From Bugula neritina (taxonomy: Eukaryota > Animalia > Bryozoa): 64,000 nucleotides of DNA. The first letter of the stretch is position 1. Each line of letters starts with the position of its first letter. Shown piece after piece: positions 12,201 to 23,810 of the stretch. The stretch covers positions 13,277,675 to 13,341,674 of the forward strand of contig OZ037768.1 of assembly GCA_964035545.1 (NCBI GenBank), in the 5' to 3' direction. The translations under genes and the position numbers were made by a program. The notes below the pieces were generated by a model that was given only the letters and a program-made list of their open reading frames with translations, was not told the DNA's origin and did not search any database.

Positions 12201-15200
12201 GCATTTGGCAATTTTATTTGCTGACTTTTTGAAAAAAAATGTTTGTACATTAAATTAGTCAATGTGGTTATCAATGTCTTTCTAAATTTGTTGCATCTAT
12301 ATTGCATTGGATAATTAATGATTAGGTTTAGTTTGGTTCTTAGCAGTGAATGTTTGAGAACAAACAAGCCTCCAAGTTCATATAATTATTGCTCTTAGAA
12401 ATATAAAAGTAACAACACTTATCCCACCAGGCTGATGAACTTGTCAAGCTGGTTGTCACTATCACAATTTCTTATATTGATGATTCTTGTATTATTTGTT
12501 TGATGGCACAACTTCTGTTAGTCGGTGTATGGAATGTTGAAGCAGTAGTTTTATATTTCAGACTGCGATACCGGTAGGAGTTTACTCAGGTTTTACAGTA
12601 TGTGCTGCTGTTGTTTTGTTATATGGAGCTCCTGTATTTATTATGTTGCCAAAGCTTTACCTTCTCTTTAACGTGAGAATAGCTGATGCTCCCGGACACA
12701 GCATGCACAACATACTTCATACTCATTAGCTTCCAGCATTCTGTTGTTTTTTTTTTTCAAACTGCTACAGATGTTTACAAGGAAACAAGCAATACAAGCT
12801 GCTAATATGCTGTGCATACCAGCTTTACCTGGTCATTCTATGCTATTGAATGTTGATTTTCTGTGATATTTCTAGCTGTTATAGCTTTAAGCTTAACATT
12901 TCTATGGTGTTTGTGATACGAGCTTCATTTGTTAATAAAGGTGTGCATGCTTTGGCTGAAATGTGGTTTATTTAGCTAGACTGCTCTAAGTGACTTCCAA
13001 TATTACTATACTTATGATACTGCCATTGTAGTAAACTTGATGGTGAAGACGTGACTAAAGAAAGAGACAGCACATCACAAGACAGCGGTATACAGAGCTC
13101 CTTGCCAGACGTCCGCAGTGACTCCCCTCTCAACCACCGCACAGCATATAAACCCGCCAACTACTCTACACCACCGTCTTCTGTCCTACAATCTCAGTCT
13201 AATCAACCATTGGTGAGTCATAATAACGAACTTCTGTCAGTCACTCGCTCAATGTGGTGCAGTCTGATTGCATTAATTATGCATCTGTTGAATACTTCTG
13301 CACCAATGCTGTAGAACGGTCTTGACCTGCAAGGAGCGGATGGTGGTGAGGAGTTTCTGATTGACGATTCAGATGAAGATATGTCCCTGGACCCCTCTGA
13401 CCCCGTGTGTAGAATACTCAAAGACCTGTCCAATCATGACGAGAGGTTAGTCTTTCATCAAATAGTTACTTTAGCTTATTGCTTGTTATATAAATAAACG
13501 CTACGGGCATAATGAACAGGTTTAAAATAGTGCGGCTAACTTAGCCCAGTGTGTGCCTGTATGGTCAATGTCAAATGTGTATGTATAGACATAAAGAAAG
13601 AATACAAGCAATGGAAGACCTGATTTGTATGGCTAGAAAAGGTGGTAATGGTGCCAGATGGGATGAACATTTTAAGACATTACTCCTACTGTTGATAGAG
13701 ACTCTGGGAGACAGAGATGTAAGAAGATTTTATTAAATTAATAATGTTTTCTCCTGCCATGTTTTACTTAGCAGTAAGTTAATTGATGTTCTGCTGTTAC
13801 AACTTGGTTGCTGATACATTTTGTATTTAGGAATCAATAAGAGCCCGGGCCTTGCAAGTGCTCCGGGAGCTGATCAAGTGGGAGAAACACCGATTTGATA
13901 GCTATGCTGAGCTCACCATATACAATGTCATACAGGCTCATAAGGATGCCAGCAAGCAGGTTAGAACCTCCTCCTCAAATCCTGTTTATTTGAATAGACG
14001 TTACAGGGCTGGTGATTCACATTAAAATATATTTCTGTTTTAAGCTTTCAGTACTGTTGCTCGTGATGGTGAGAGAACTGTATTGACTATAAACCTTTGA
14101 TATCAACATTTAGGTGTACCGAGCAGCTGAGGAGTGTGCTATAACACTGGCCAAGTCACTGAAGCCCGAGCACTCTGTCGTGGTACTGGCTAAACTAACG
14201 GACAGTCTCGAGTACCCGCTATCTGTAGCCGCTATAAAGACTCTCACACATGTTATTGAATTGATGAATGAAGAATCCTTACTCAAAGTTGTTCAACGGC
14301 TGATACCAGGTCTTATTAAGGTATTACACTGTGACTCTGTTGGAGTTTACTGACTAATATTAAGTCATCTGTTGAGATGTGCGACTAGTTTCTAGGATTT
14401 TATTTCTACTCGATGTAAAAGATGTTGTAAGTTGAGCTCACTAGTGTAACCTGTTGTTGTAATCAACTTCTATGGCTTTTACAGGGCTATGAGCATGATG
14501 AGTCTGCGTGCAGGAAAGCTAGTTGCTTCGCTTTGGTCGCTCTTTACATGAAAATAGGAGATAATCTCAAGCCATATTTGTCTGTGCTAACTGGCAGCAA
14601 GGTAGGCCATTAGTTCTCCGCAAAAACTTTCTTTGAAACTAAACTATAATGATCTGCTGAGAATAAATGCCTGTTCCTTGTCCTCTAGTAAACAGTAAAT
14701 CTACTGGGATGAATATTTTATCAAAAATCGTATGTTTTGAAGTGCCCCTAGCACATTTATAACCAAAGAGTTTTGGTAACAACATTTTTATTTTAATCAT
14801 TTTTATATGATAGTTTTCATACTTAACCCGTGATCATAGCTCACTCAATCAATACCACCCATTTCAATAATTAAAATTTACTGGTTGTCTAAATAATATA
14901 ATGGAGTCATCAGAAAAATCCAAAATAAATAAGTGTTATTTTCAATATTAGATGTAAAATTCACCTCCCATGTCTAACGCCACACATTTATGGAGGGGGA
15001 GTCTTTGGTATAAATAAACTGGACACTATTTGGCTAATGACTATAAATTGTACCATCATTATTGTATTGAGGTCGTCCTGTGGTGACCCCACAGCCAACC
15101 TTTCTGTTACTGATTTGTTATTGCTGTATAAATTTCTCAACTATTCCATCTTTTGTAGCTGAAACTTCTCAATCTTTATATTAAAAGAGCAGAAGGAAAG

Positions 15201-15209
15201 CCTGCATAG
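279..15209 (+). CDS. CLASP: CLIP-associating protein (CLASP/Orbit/MAST family), multi-exon, 5'-partial (TOG1 upstream of window)
   Basis: GT-AG exons join in frame: 279-395, 1200-1261, 2207-2299, 2758-2903, 3262-3397, 3555-3625, 4092-4229, 4408-4608, 5447-5508, 5624-5782, 5974-6081, 6349-6444, 6579-6623, 7342-7500, 7677-7789, 7941-8077, 8590-8737, 8900-9063, 9187-9265, 10886-11116, 11556-11686, 11930-12073, 13032-13212, 13315-13445, 13589-13718, 13831-13959, 14114-14320, 14485-14601, 15159-15209 (TAG). Motifs: TOG2 (DWEKR, KDLRSQVVREACITIA, IKSGISDADSESR); SxIP plus phospho-region (RKSNIPRSQGTSRETSP); TOG3 (WHERKEGL, FTRMFHDPHAKV, EPKSAEIR); CLIP-interaction domain (WDEHFKTLLLLLIETLGD, KLKLLNLYIKRA). 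Confidence 0.96.
8115..8406. mobile_element. MITE, PIF/Harbinger (Tourist-like), in CLASP intron
   Basis: Imperfect ~30-bp TIRs (cagctcagacacactttgaccataacg / reverse complement cagctcagacacattttgccattacg). TAA on both flanks (8112-8114, 8407-8409). No ORF. Confidence 0.8.
10155..10825. mobile_element. Old palindromic MITE with ~200-bp diverged inverted arms in CLASP intron
   Basis: 10165-10370 is the reverse complement of ~10600-10815 with scattered substitutions. This is visible in the ORF track as near-identical peptides on opposite strands (10185..10367 + and 10693..10890 -). Confidence 0.75.
12121..12138. repeat. (TG)n microsatellite
   Basis: tgtgtgtgtgtgtgtgtg seen directly. Confidence 0.9.
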
Positions 15210-16126
15210 CTTCACCAAGACACTATCATAAAGAACTAAATTATTCAGGAATTACTTCGCTATATTTACAAAGACTAGACTCTGCTTATTGGCTCCTTCT
15301 GTTGACATATTTAGCTTTGAGCAACTTGTATGTATTATTTATCTAAATGCCAAAGCTGTGACATTTTTATTAGCTTACTGTCATTTTCATTGTCTCCTAA
15401 ATAAATAACATTATATTATGTATAATTCCCATAAAATATGTGCAGATAGATACTTTCATACATACCAGCACTGTTATATAGATGAAACATTTCATTCTTT
15501 GTTATAGTGGAGTGCGATTGGAAATATTTTTACGAACTTGTGTTTTGTATTTCATCTGATTAAGTTAGTGGAAATTTTAAAAACAAGGAAGATTGGTGAA
15601 TCAAGTCTACTGTTTTTTTTATGCGTCAGGTATGTGAAACACACCTCATGATAAGCATTTCTTTTGTTGGTGGAAATAATTTTAGTTGGTTTCTCTTATT
15701 TTACTTTAAGCTTGCTAGATCTTTCAGTTATATTGTAGTATAAAGTCATGGCGCTGTATCAATACAAAATAACTTATTGACGGTGCAAATGCTGATTTCA
15801 ATATAATCTATCGAACAGCTTTTTATTTTTGCCAATTTTCAAACTTTATTGTTTTAAGATGATGTGAGCGATACTAATTTATAGTGTACTAGCTTTTCAA
15901 ATACAATAAATATTACCACAGTATTTTACTGATATTGAGTGGGAGAGCATCCACTGATGTTGTTGGGTACCAATATTTGGAGTAAGATATTGAGCTAGCT
16001 TATTTAATACTACAGATATATAATTTGTGTTGACATTTTATTGGCCGCCCTGAAAAAAAATCTAGGCCATCACCGGAGCACTTTTAATTTGCACTTGAGA
16101 ATGAGAACTTCCATCTTTTCGCTGGC

Positions 16127-19100
16127 TCATTCTTTTTAGGCTGATCACTCTTCTGAAATCTGCGATTGGTTACAAGACACTTAGTTCCTCCAGTGGTTGG
16201 TGTAGTCAAGTTGGTGGTACTAGTGTCTTTGATAACCTGTAAATTGAGAGTAGCCAAACGGTGGTAATAGTTCTAGTGCTGGTTGGATTTTCAGAAGCTA
16301 AAAGTTTCCTGATTCTGCGAGATAGAGCTATTTGAGCTATTCAGCTATCAATAATTCGTAATCAACTAGTAATGCAATCTAACCTGAACACATGCTGCCA
16401 TTGTTTATTTTGAGGGACTGACTGCTCAGCAAGTTCAGTTGATTACAACTTTAAATAAAGATCAAGTGGCAATGACAACTGAAAAGCTACGGCCAGAAGC
16501 TTATTGTTAAAGAGTGCAAAGTGCAACAAAAATTGTGGTACAGTTTGTCTGGGGATTTGGAAATCTCAGACCAACAGTAAAAACTGTACAATGGCTGCAG
16601 CCACAGCTTACCTTTGGAAATTCATTTGAATAACCTGTTGGGTTACATGATACACATCCTGGAAGGGTATTCTTGGGAGCTACATCACTGGCAATAGCTG
16701 AAAGTTCTGAAAGACTTCTTGCTGGCTTTCGCTCTTTCTTCAATATTGACTTAGGAGTTGTTGGCTCCTTGTTCAATTTTGCTGAAGTTAAGGCATCTTG
16801 GTTTTTCTACAATCAACACAACACTTTCGTCGATCAAAAGGAATAAGAGAGGTTGAGAAAATACTTACAATGTGAATGATGTAATGTTGCTAGCACTTCT
16901 GCTAAAATCTATTGACTACTTTTTGGGGTAGGTGCAGTAATGGAAAAATTAAGAAAAGTCTGTATTCTAGATTAGAAATGTAGCAAAAGAAGTTATGTTC
17001 TCTTGAGAATTTCAACCGGCGCCCCAAACCAAAATTTAATAACAAAGTAAAAAAACTTAGGCTATCTCACTTTCTCCACTACTGCTCCTAAATGTACTTT
17101 TCAAAGATAACAAATAAAATTTCACCTTTTTGTTGTTTGCCACTCTACTGGTAGAGGCTGAAGAAGATTGACATTGCTGTTCATTGTTAATGGCCATAGT
17201 TAATGTTTGCATGTTTTTAGACATCTAAAAATAAGCTATGTAAAATGTAATATCTTAATTTCTGCGCTAATAAACAAAACTGCACAATGTAACAAAACAT
17301 CTTCAAAGCCTGTATTTAAAGAGTTTAACCAATATTTACCTGGTCTAAAGTATCATCATCTGAGGTTTTTACGCAAGGCTGATGTCCTTTCAACTACAAT
17401 TTATTAACATACCAACATATTAGTATCTATTAATGGTATGTATTTTAATTTGACTGCAAATATAATGAATATTTTTAATGCAGACAGCTTTATTCTTGTA
17501 GACATATCATTTAGCTCTGATATTACTGTATATTCAATAATAATTTTGTAACCCAAAACATAATATGTAAGTCATAATAATCTGTAGGCCTGCCATGCCA
17601 AACATCAAGTAGTATTTTATGCAATTGAGTGAATAACTCACAAAAACAGCATCAACAATTTTGCTATATTTATCTCCATCGACAAGAGGCGTTCCTTCAT
17701 TCACTCCTCTTTCGTCAACTACCCCAACACTAATCTAAAACCAAAACTCATACTCAAATTTTAGTATGTAACTTTGTTTTAGTTTGTATCACAGAAAATA
17801 AAAACACACATCTGTATGAAAAGTGCATGAGAGAATGGCTTTAAATGTTATTTTTAAATTAGGCAACACATGATATAATAAACTTATTAAAAGGCTTACT
17901 AGTAATAACTGTCAAACTTATTGATGAGCCTTTTATCATAAATGAAACAGTGCGTTACCAGCAAAGTTGTAATGCACAACTGGCTATACAAACCTGATGA
18001 AAGCAATCCTGAAGACTTTTTATTTTCTCCATAGTAGATGAAACCTCTGTCTGCTGCTCTTTAAACAGTGAAAGAAGTATTTTAAAGTCATCCTGGTGCT
18101 GCCTTGTTTCAGCTGACCTGTCTCGATATGTATCAACAAGCTCCTGAAATAGTCTGGACTGTGAATCTAAGTGCCCTTTCAGCATATTCAGTTGACATTT
18201 TTGCTCAGATGTTTGCAGCTTTAATGCATTTCTTTCTGCGGTCAGGTTTTCTGCACTGACATGCTTTGCCAAAGCTTGTGCTACCTGACTGTTGATTTTA
18301 GTGATCTACAATGACAACACACCTATTTGCTACATTGGTTTATAGTAGCAAAATATCATTATAATAATTACATGCATCAACCTCACTGCACTTACAATTG
18401 TTTGGTCCTGGATAGAAATCCGCTCACTCAGTTGTGATACTTTAGATTCCAGTGGACGAAAACCTTGAGAAACAGTGTTGATAGCAGATGCGATATTTTG
18501 TTGAGAAATAACAGTAATATTATTTAATGAGGCATCCATATTTGCTCTTTCCACGGTTGTTTGTGAATCCTAAGACAAGGGTTTATATACAGCAACACTA
18601 TAATAATTAAATTCAAATATATTAAAATGTCACTTATGTCAAAAATTTGTGTAAGACTTTGTTTTGTGGAGAAGAAAGTTGAGGTAGAACAAATTTAAAA
18701 GATGAGGCTTTTGATGAGAAAAGTGAAATAAAGTGCATGCATGTAATCAGCTCACTCATAATAAAAACGTTCTATGACAAAATTAGTTAATATAAAGCTT
18801 GACAAAAGAAAAATCATTCAAACCTGACAATAATTGAATATGTATTGATTAAGTTTACACCTACCAGTCTAGCTATGTGTTGCCTTATGTCATACAATTC
18901 AGCCCTCATTAATTTCATTTGTTGAACTAAACTGTTGAGGGCTACACCATCTCCACTTGAAAAATTGTGAATACTCGATGTTTTTTCTGAATGGGGTTCT
19001 GCAATCTGTGAAACTAAATGTTTCTTTTTGCTGCTGGACTCATGGGCAGATGTTTTATCCTTGAAAGCTTTCAACGAAAGTTCTCTAGATTGCTCATCAT

Positions 19101-19473
19101 AGTTAAACTCTTTATCTTGAATTTTGGAAGGATATTCTTCATCTGTAACAAGTATATTATAATCATTGCCTACCAGCTTAGCATTGGTAGGTGTTGCTGT
19201 TTTGGCAGCCTCCGTCGAGATTGGCTCAGGAGGCTTTCCAGTAGAAGATTGCACTGAAGGAGCTGGTGACGTGACTCTTCCTTGAGATGTTGGCTGCGAA
19301 GAACTAGTGGCTCCTTCACTTAAATTTGTAGCAGCTGAAGAGCTTTCTCCAGTTGAAGTTCTTTTTTCGGAGGCAGCTTGCTTATCTGCTGCCGATCTGG
19401 CAGCTTTCGATGCTCCAGCAGCAGCCATTGCTGCATTTCGTTTCTCTCTCCGTGTTTTACGAGATCTATTCAT
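16127..19473 (-). CDS. Uncharacterised multi-exon protein: basic/Ala-Ser-Thr-rich disordered N-terminus, central coiled coil, S/T/K-rich tail (~550 aa)
   Basis: Minus-strand phase-0 GT-AG exons join without stops: 19473-18865, 18569-18396, 18305-17994, 17734-17642, 17393-17340, 17224-17126, 16806-16612, 16236-16127 (TGA). Heptad-like segments: LNSLVQQMKLMRAELYDIRQHIARL, LESKVSQLSERISIQDQTI. The last exon choice is less certain. Confidence 0.75.
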
Positions 19474-19554
19474 TTTAGATTAGCTAAGAACTATGAATAC
19501 TAGTATTTGTGTAGCAAATAGCTTTGTGTGATACGCTATGTATTTCTGAACTGT

Positions 19555-19985
19555 GAAATTTTAAATTCTATAGCATAGTGCTACTAAGCATAGTGTTCTA
19601 ACATGATGCAAAATTTATGTTCCTCTGTGTATATTATTCACTTAACTGTGGAATTCTGTTTCACTTTACATCTGCAAAAATGTAGCATTTTTTTTCTAAT
19701 GTAGAAATTTTAAATTCTATAGCATAGTGCTACTAAGCATAGTGTTCTAACATGATGCAAAATTTATGTTCCTTTGTGTATATTATTCACTTAACTGTGG
19801 AATTCTGTTTCACTTTACATCTGCAAAAATGTAGCATTTTTTTTCTAATGTAGAAATTTTAAATTCTATAGCATAGTGCTACTAAGCATAGTGTTCTAAC
19901 ATGATGCAAAATTTATATTCCTCTGTGTATATTATTCACTTAACTGTAGAATTCTGTTTCACTTTACATCTGCAAAAATGTAGCA
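19555..19985. repeat. Tandem repeat, 149-bp unit, ~2.9 near-identical copies
   Basis: Unit gaaattttaaattctatagcatagtgctactaagc... starts at 19555, 19704 and 19853, with only a few substitutions. Confidence 0.95.
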
Positions 19986-21479
19986 ATGCTCAAAAAGTTT
20001 TTGTAACTTTATATACCAGTAACACTGACGTTTAAAGTCTACTTTATGGCAGTAACATTGGAAAAACTTAGGACAGTAGTTGTCCTCAATTATCTTTTTT
20101 AAATAAAAATTGCATGCTAATGGTAACCACTACAGAGCAGCCAATTAAGTTGAATATTTTCTAATTGTATTTTCGAAACTACTGAAATACTTCAAGCAAA
20201 AACTACATTAGTGTGAATACCTACAAGATATAACTTTAGTATGCTACATTTATCTCATGACTACTCTACTTCACAAGCTAGATGTAGCATAAAAGCATCC
20301 AACGAAAACAAGATAACAAATTGCAAGAGACAAAGCAGCCATTGAAGCGTAGCAATCTTCAAAAAAATTGAATTAACATTTTTATGAACACAAAATATAT
20401 GAAATCGATTTGGTTACTTAAAAAATACATTAAAGAATGATTGGTTCAAGAAAATCCAGGCTAAAAATCAAATCAGTTGACTCTTATTTATATAGAATAG
20501 GGAGAATTAGCTGTGCATTTTGATAAAATATACTTATTTATATACATATTAGACTGCAAGACTAAAGGTCGGTTATAATTTTATTATCCTCTACTCTCTC
20601 CAAAAACCACACTTGCTACAAGATCTACAACAAATAAATTACAATTTAAAAGCATTTGGTGAATTTAAATTTCCAATACTGGTTGAAATATATGAAAAGT
20701 AATGCTAGTTTTATGAACTAAACAACAATGGAATACCATAATAATGAAGAAAACATTTCCATGAAACTCATTTGGTAAGAATTTAGCCTCAAACAAAACA
20801 AATACAAAATAGCATCGTAGAGTAATGAAAAACACACTATGATATAATGCATAGCTCAATAAAAACATCTTGCAGGTAAAAGCATAATATAGTGTAGTGC
20901 ATGAACACAGGCTCTAAGATAAGATTGGGGGACACTCAACAACATAATGCAGACAACATAGTTATAGATAGAATAGAAAATGTAAGTGGTAAGCTGAAAT
21001 TGTAGAGCAAAAGTACTACACAGTGGAAAGTGCTTGGCCTAACATGACACACTTTGTTAATTTGAAAATGCTATCTCCAGCGGCTGACAACATTGTACGT
21101 GGTAATACACTATTTCAGACTATGAAAAAAGGAAATGGCTATGAAAATATAATAGAAGCACCGTTACCATTAGAGGAGGTGATAAGTAAACCTTCCTACC
21201 TATAGAAAACATTTCACAACTTACACTAACTATGCGTAATAGAAAATAACACCTGGGTTTTAGCTGCTTGGATATATAGAGCCTTCTTAGGTTAATAATG
21301 AACTTGTATACATTAATGTTAGTACGAAATCCGGTAAGCGTTATGCATGACACATTTTCAAATATCTACTATCATGACTACCATTATTTACAGCATGGCA
21401 AAATAAGCTGATAAGCTCAAAGTATTTAGGCAGATAACACACGGGCAAATGCAATGAAAATTTAAAAACTACCTGAAAT

Positions 21480-23553
21480 TTACTGTTGGATGACAAACGT
21501 AACAAACTCTAAAACCAAATTAGCAAGAAGCTATCAACATTTTAAAATGACATATAGAGCACATATAAATATATAAATTCTACAATGCCATACACTGCCA
21601 TACACTGCCGTACACTGCCATACACTGCCGTACATAGCTACCATAACAGCATGTTGAGGTTAAACTGCATCAACATGTATATAAATTCTCTTATAAAACT
21701 TTTATTTTATGAGCAAATAATTAGTAGACTGTGGACATAAACCTTAAAGGAATGATAATTACTAGCATAATGTTACTACAGCAGATGTGATGTACATAGA
21801 CTAAAAACAAATAAAGCTGCACGGAGGACACGTGTGAGCACATCAACACTAACTGAATCAAGCATTAAGTATACCTTCATAATTAATATTTCCCTGCGAA
21901 TCTTCAAATCCCTGAAATAGTTGTTCACACTCTTCTTCAGTCATTTTCTCCCCTGCATAAATATTGTATATATAACTATAGTGGCTTGTGTCCTCATCCC
22001 AACTTAACTTTTACACGAACCCTTACAAGACCCCCCCCCGTCTCGCGAGTAGATATGAGACTACACACCTAAAGTACCGAGGAGATGTCGGAGTTCAGCT
22101 GATCCTATTGTCCCGTTCTGCTCTTTATCAAACACTTTGAACCCTTCTATAAAATCAGCAGCCTGTGATCCATCTCTATTCTTGGCAACTTCCTTTAAAA
22201 TTGGCAAAAACTCATTGAAGTTAATCCTTCGATCTACAACACAAAATGTACAATCACATTTTAAGCTTCATAAATATATGGTCCGAAATGCTCACATGAA
22301 ATTGGTTATACACTAAAAAGACCTGAAATCTTACCCTGATCATCCCCAACATATTTCTTCCATTCCGCTTCTGTGGGATTCTGTCCACATGCTCTGAGAA
22401 TTTCTCCAATCTGCCAGACATGCACCTTCTGATCACCTCTGTTATCAAAGATGTTGAATGTGTCTTGATATTCTAAAACACATTGGTAACTTTATATAAA
22501 GACAAATATACATTATAATAAATGAGAGAGTAGCATGGAATCTTAGACCAACTACTAAACAAAAAATAGCAACGATTCTGATTCTAAATGAGGAAAATTA
22601 ATATCAAACCAAGTGAGAGAAATCTTGCCAGAAAACAATTCAATAAACTAGAAATTGACAAACAACTTTCTAATTTAGCTGATTAATGAAGAACTATTAG
22701 CTGCAACGAACAACTCTGTTTTCACTGTTAGTTAACGTTTGACTCACAATCATTAAAGACCAGAACAATCGGCTAATCTGATGAACGACATAATGGTTGC
22801 ACAAAAGACCCAACAAGTATATCCTTGTGCTGAGCATCCTCAATTAGACTTACCACTTATCATTTCTTCTGTCAAAGTTTGTCGAGACTAAAAAGCATAA
22901 AAAATTTGTTTACAAAGGCATAACAGTTAGCTAATTTTGTAATTTCTATGCACTACAAATTTTGGCTGAAATATAATCTTCATTATTTTATTTCCATGTT
23001 AAGCAAGCAAATAGCTTATGTAATCTTATTTAAATTGAATATCCCACAATATAAAACTAAATTTTCAATTCCAACTGTGATACTTCAACTTTAAAAATTT
23101 ATATATGCATAAAGTTACACTAACACTTATGACTTACTCTTACAGTTCAGCCTTGTTTCTAAATTGTTAAACTTTTTTTCAACGTTTTATTATAAAAATG
23201 GTAATGCATCATTATTATAAATATAATCATAATGATTAATAACTAAATTATATTTATTATTAATATTTTAATTTATACTATGATTATGATAAAGATTAAG
23301 ATTACCATATCTATCAAGTGATTGCCATTGTCATTGTGATATTATGACATAAATATTAATATTAAAATTAATGATTTATATAATATTTATGTTAATATAA
23401 CATCATCTAAGTTAAAGTAATACCTATTTAATTATTATTATTAATAATAATATTAATATAAATAATAAATTTAAATTTTACTTGAAATCGATTTATATAC
23501 AACTTTTTCAGTAATAATCACAGTTATGCTAATATACCTTAACCACTTACCAT
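21480..23553 (-). CDS. Myosin essential (alkali) light chain, EF-hand protein (MYL6/Mlc-c-like)
   Basis: Exons 23553-23551 (ATG only, then gtaagt), 22887-22854, 22472-22335, 22233-22069, 21952-21875, 21508-21480. They give MSRQTLTEEMISEYQDTFNIFDNRGDQKVHVWQIGEILRACGQNPTEAE...RINFNEFLPIL...[64 protein letters not shown]. The GQNPT and AELRHLL.TLGEKM motifs are diagnostic of essential light chains. Confidence 0.95.
21586..21633. repeat. 10-bp minisatellite (tgccatacac/tgccgtacac) x ~5
   Basis: Seen directly in the last coding intron of the light chain gene. Confidence 0.9.
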
Positions 23554-23599
23554 TTTTGTTCAAATTATAAAAGCAGAAAAGGGAAGTGAAAGGCTGAGA

Positions 23600-23810
23600 T
23601 ACTAAGTAATTGCTAAATATTTTACTTGAAGGAGTGGCCCGTCAAGAACAATCAGTTCACTATCGAGACTTGGAACAACCAACGAATCAGTGTTCTACTT
23701 CACAATGATAATTATTTGGAAATGGGAAGCTTGCAATGACGTCTTCGCAGTGTTTCATGTTAGAAGTAGATTTTTTTGCTCGTTTATCTTTGGGTTGACT
23801 AAACCAAGTA
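23600..23810. promoter_or_regulatory. Probable promoter of the light chain gene, possibly bidirectional with ELP1
   Basis: Immediately upstream of the light chain ATG exon. Less AT-rich than the flanks, with a CRE-like tgacgtc at ~23738 and ccaa/aatca boxes. The genes diverge from here. Position is inferred; no TSS evidence. Confidence 0.35.

Noticed and set aside
16384-17090. Extra small exons of the orphan gene at ~16384-16448, ~16869-16908 and ~17071-17087
   Set aside because: Splice-like sites are present, but phases or stops are incompatible with the phase-0 chain.
19555-19985. CRISPR-like array
   Set aside because: Head-to-tail repeats with no unique spacers, eukaryotic context, no cas genes.
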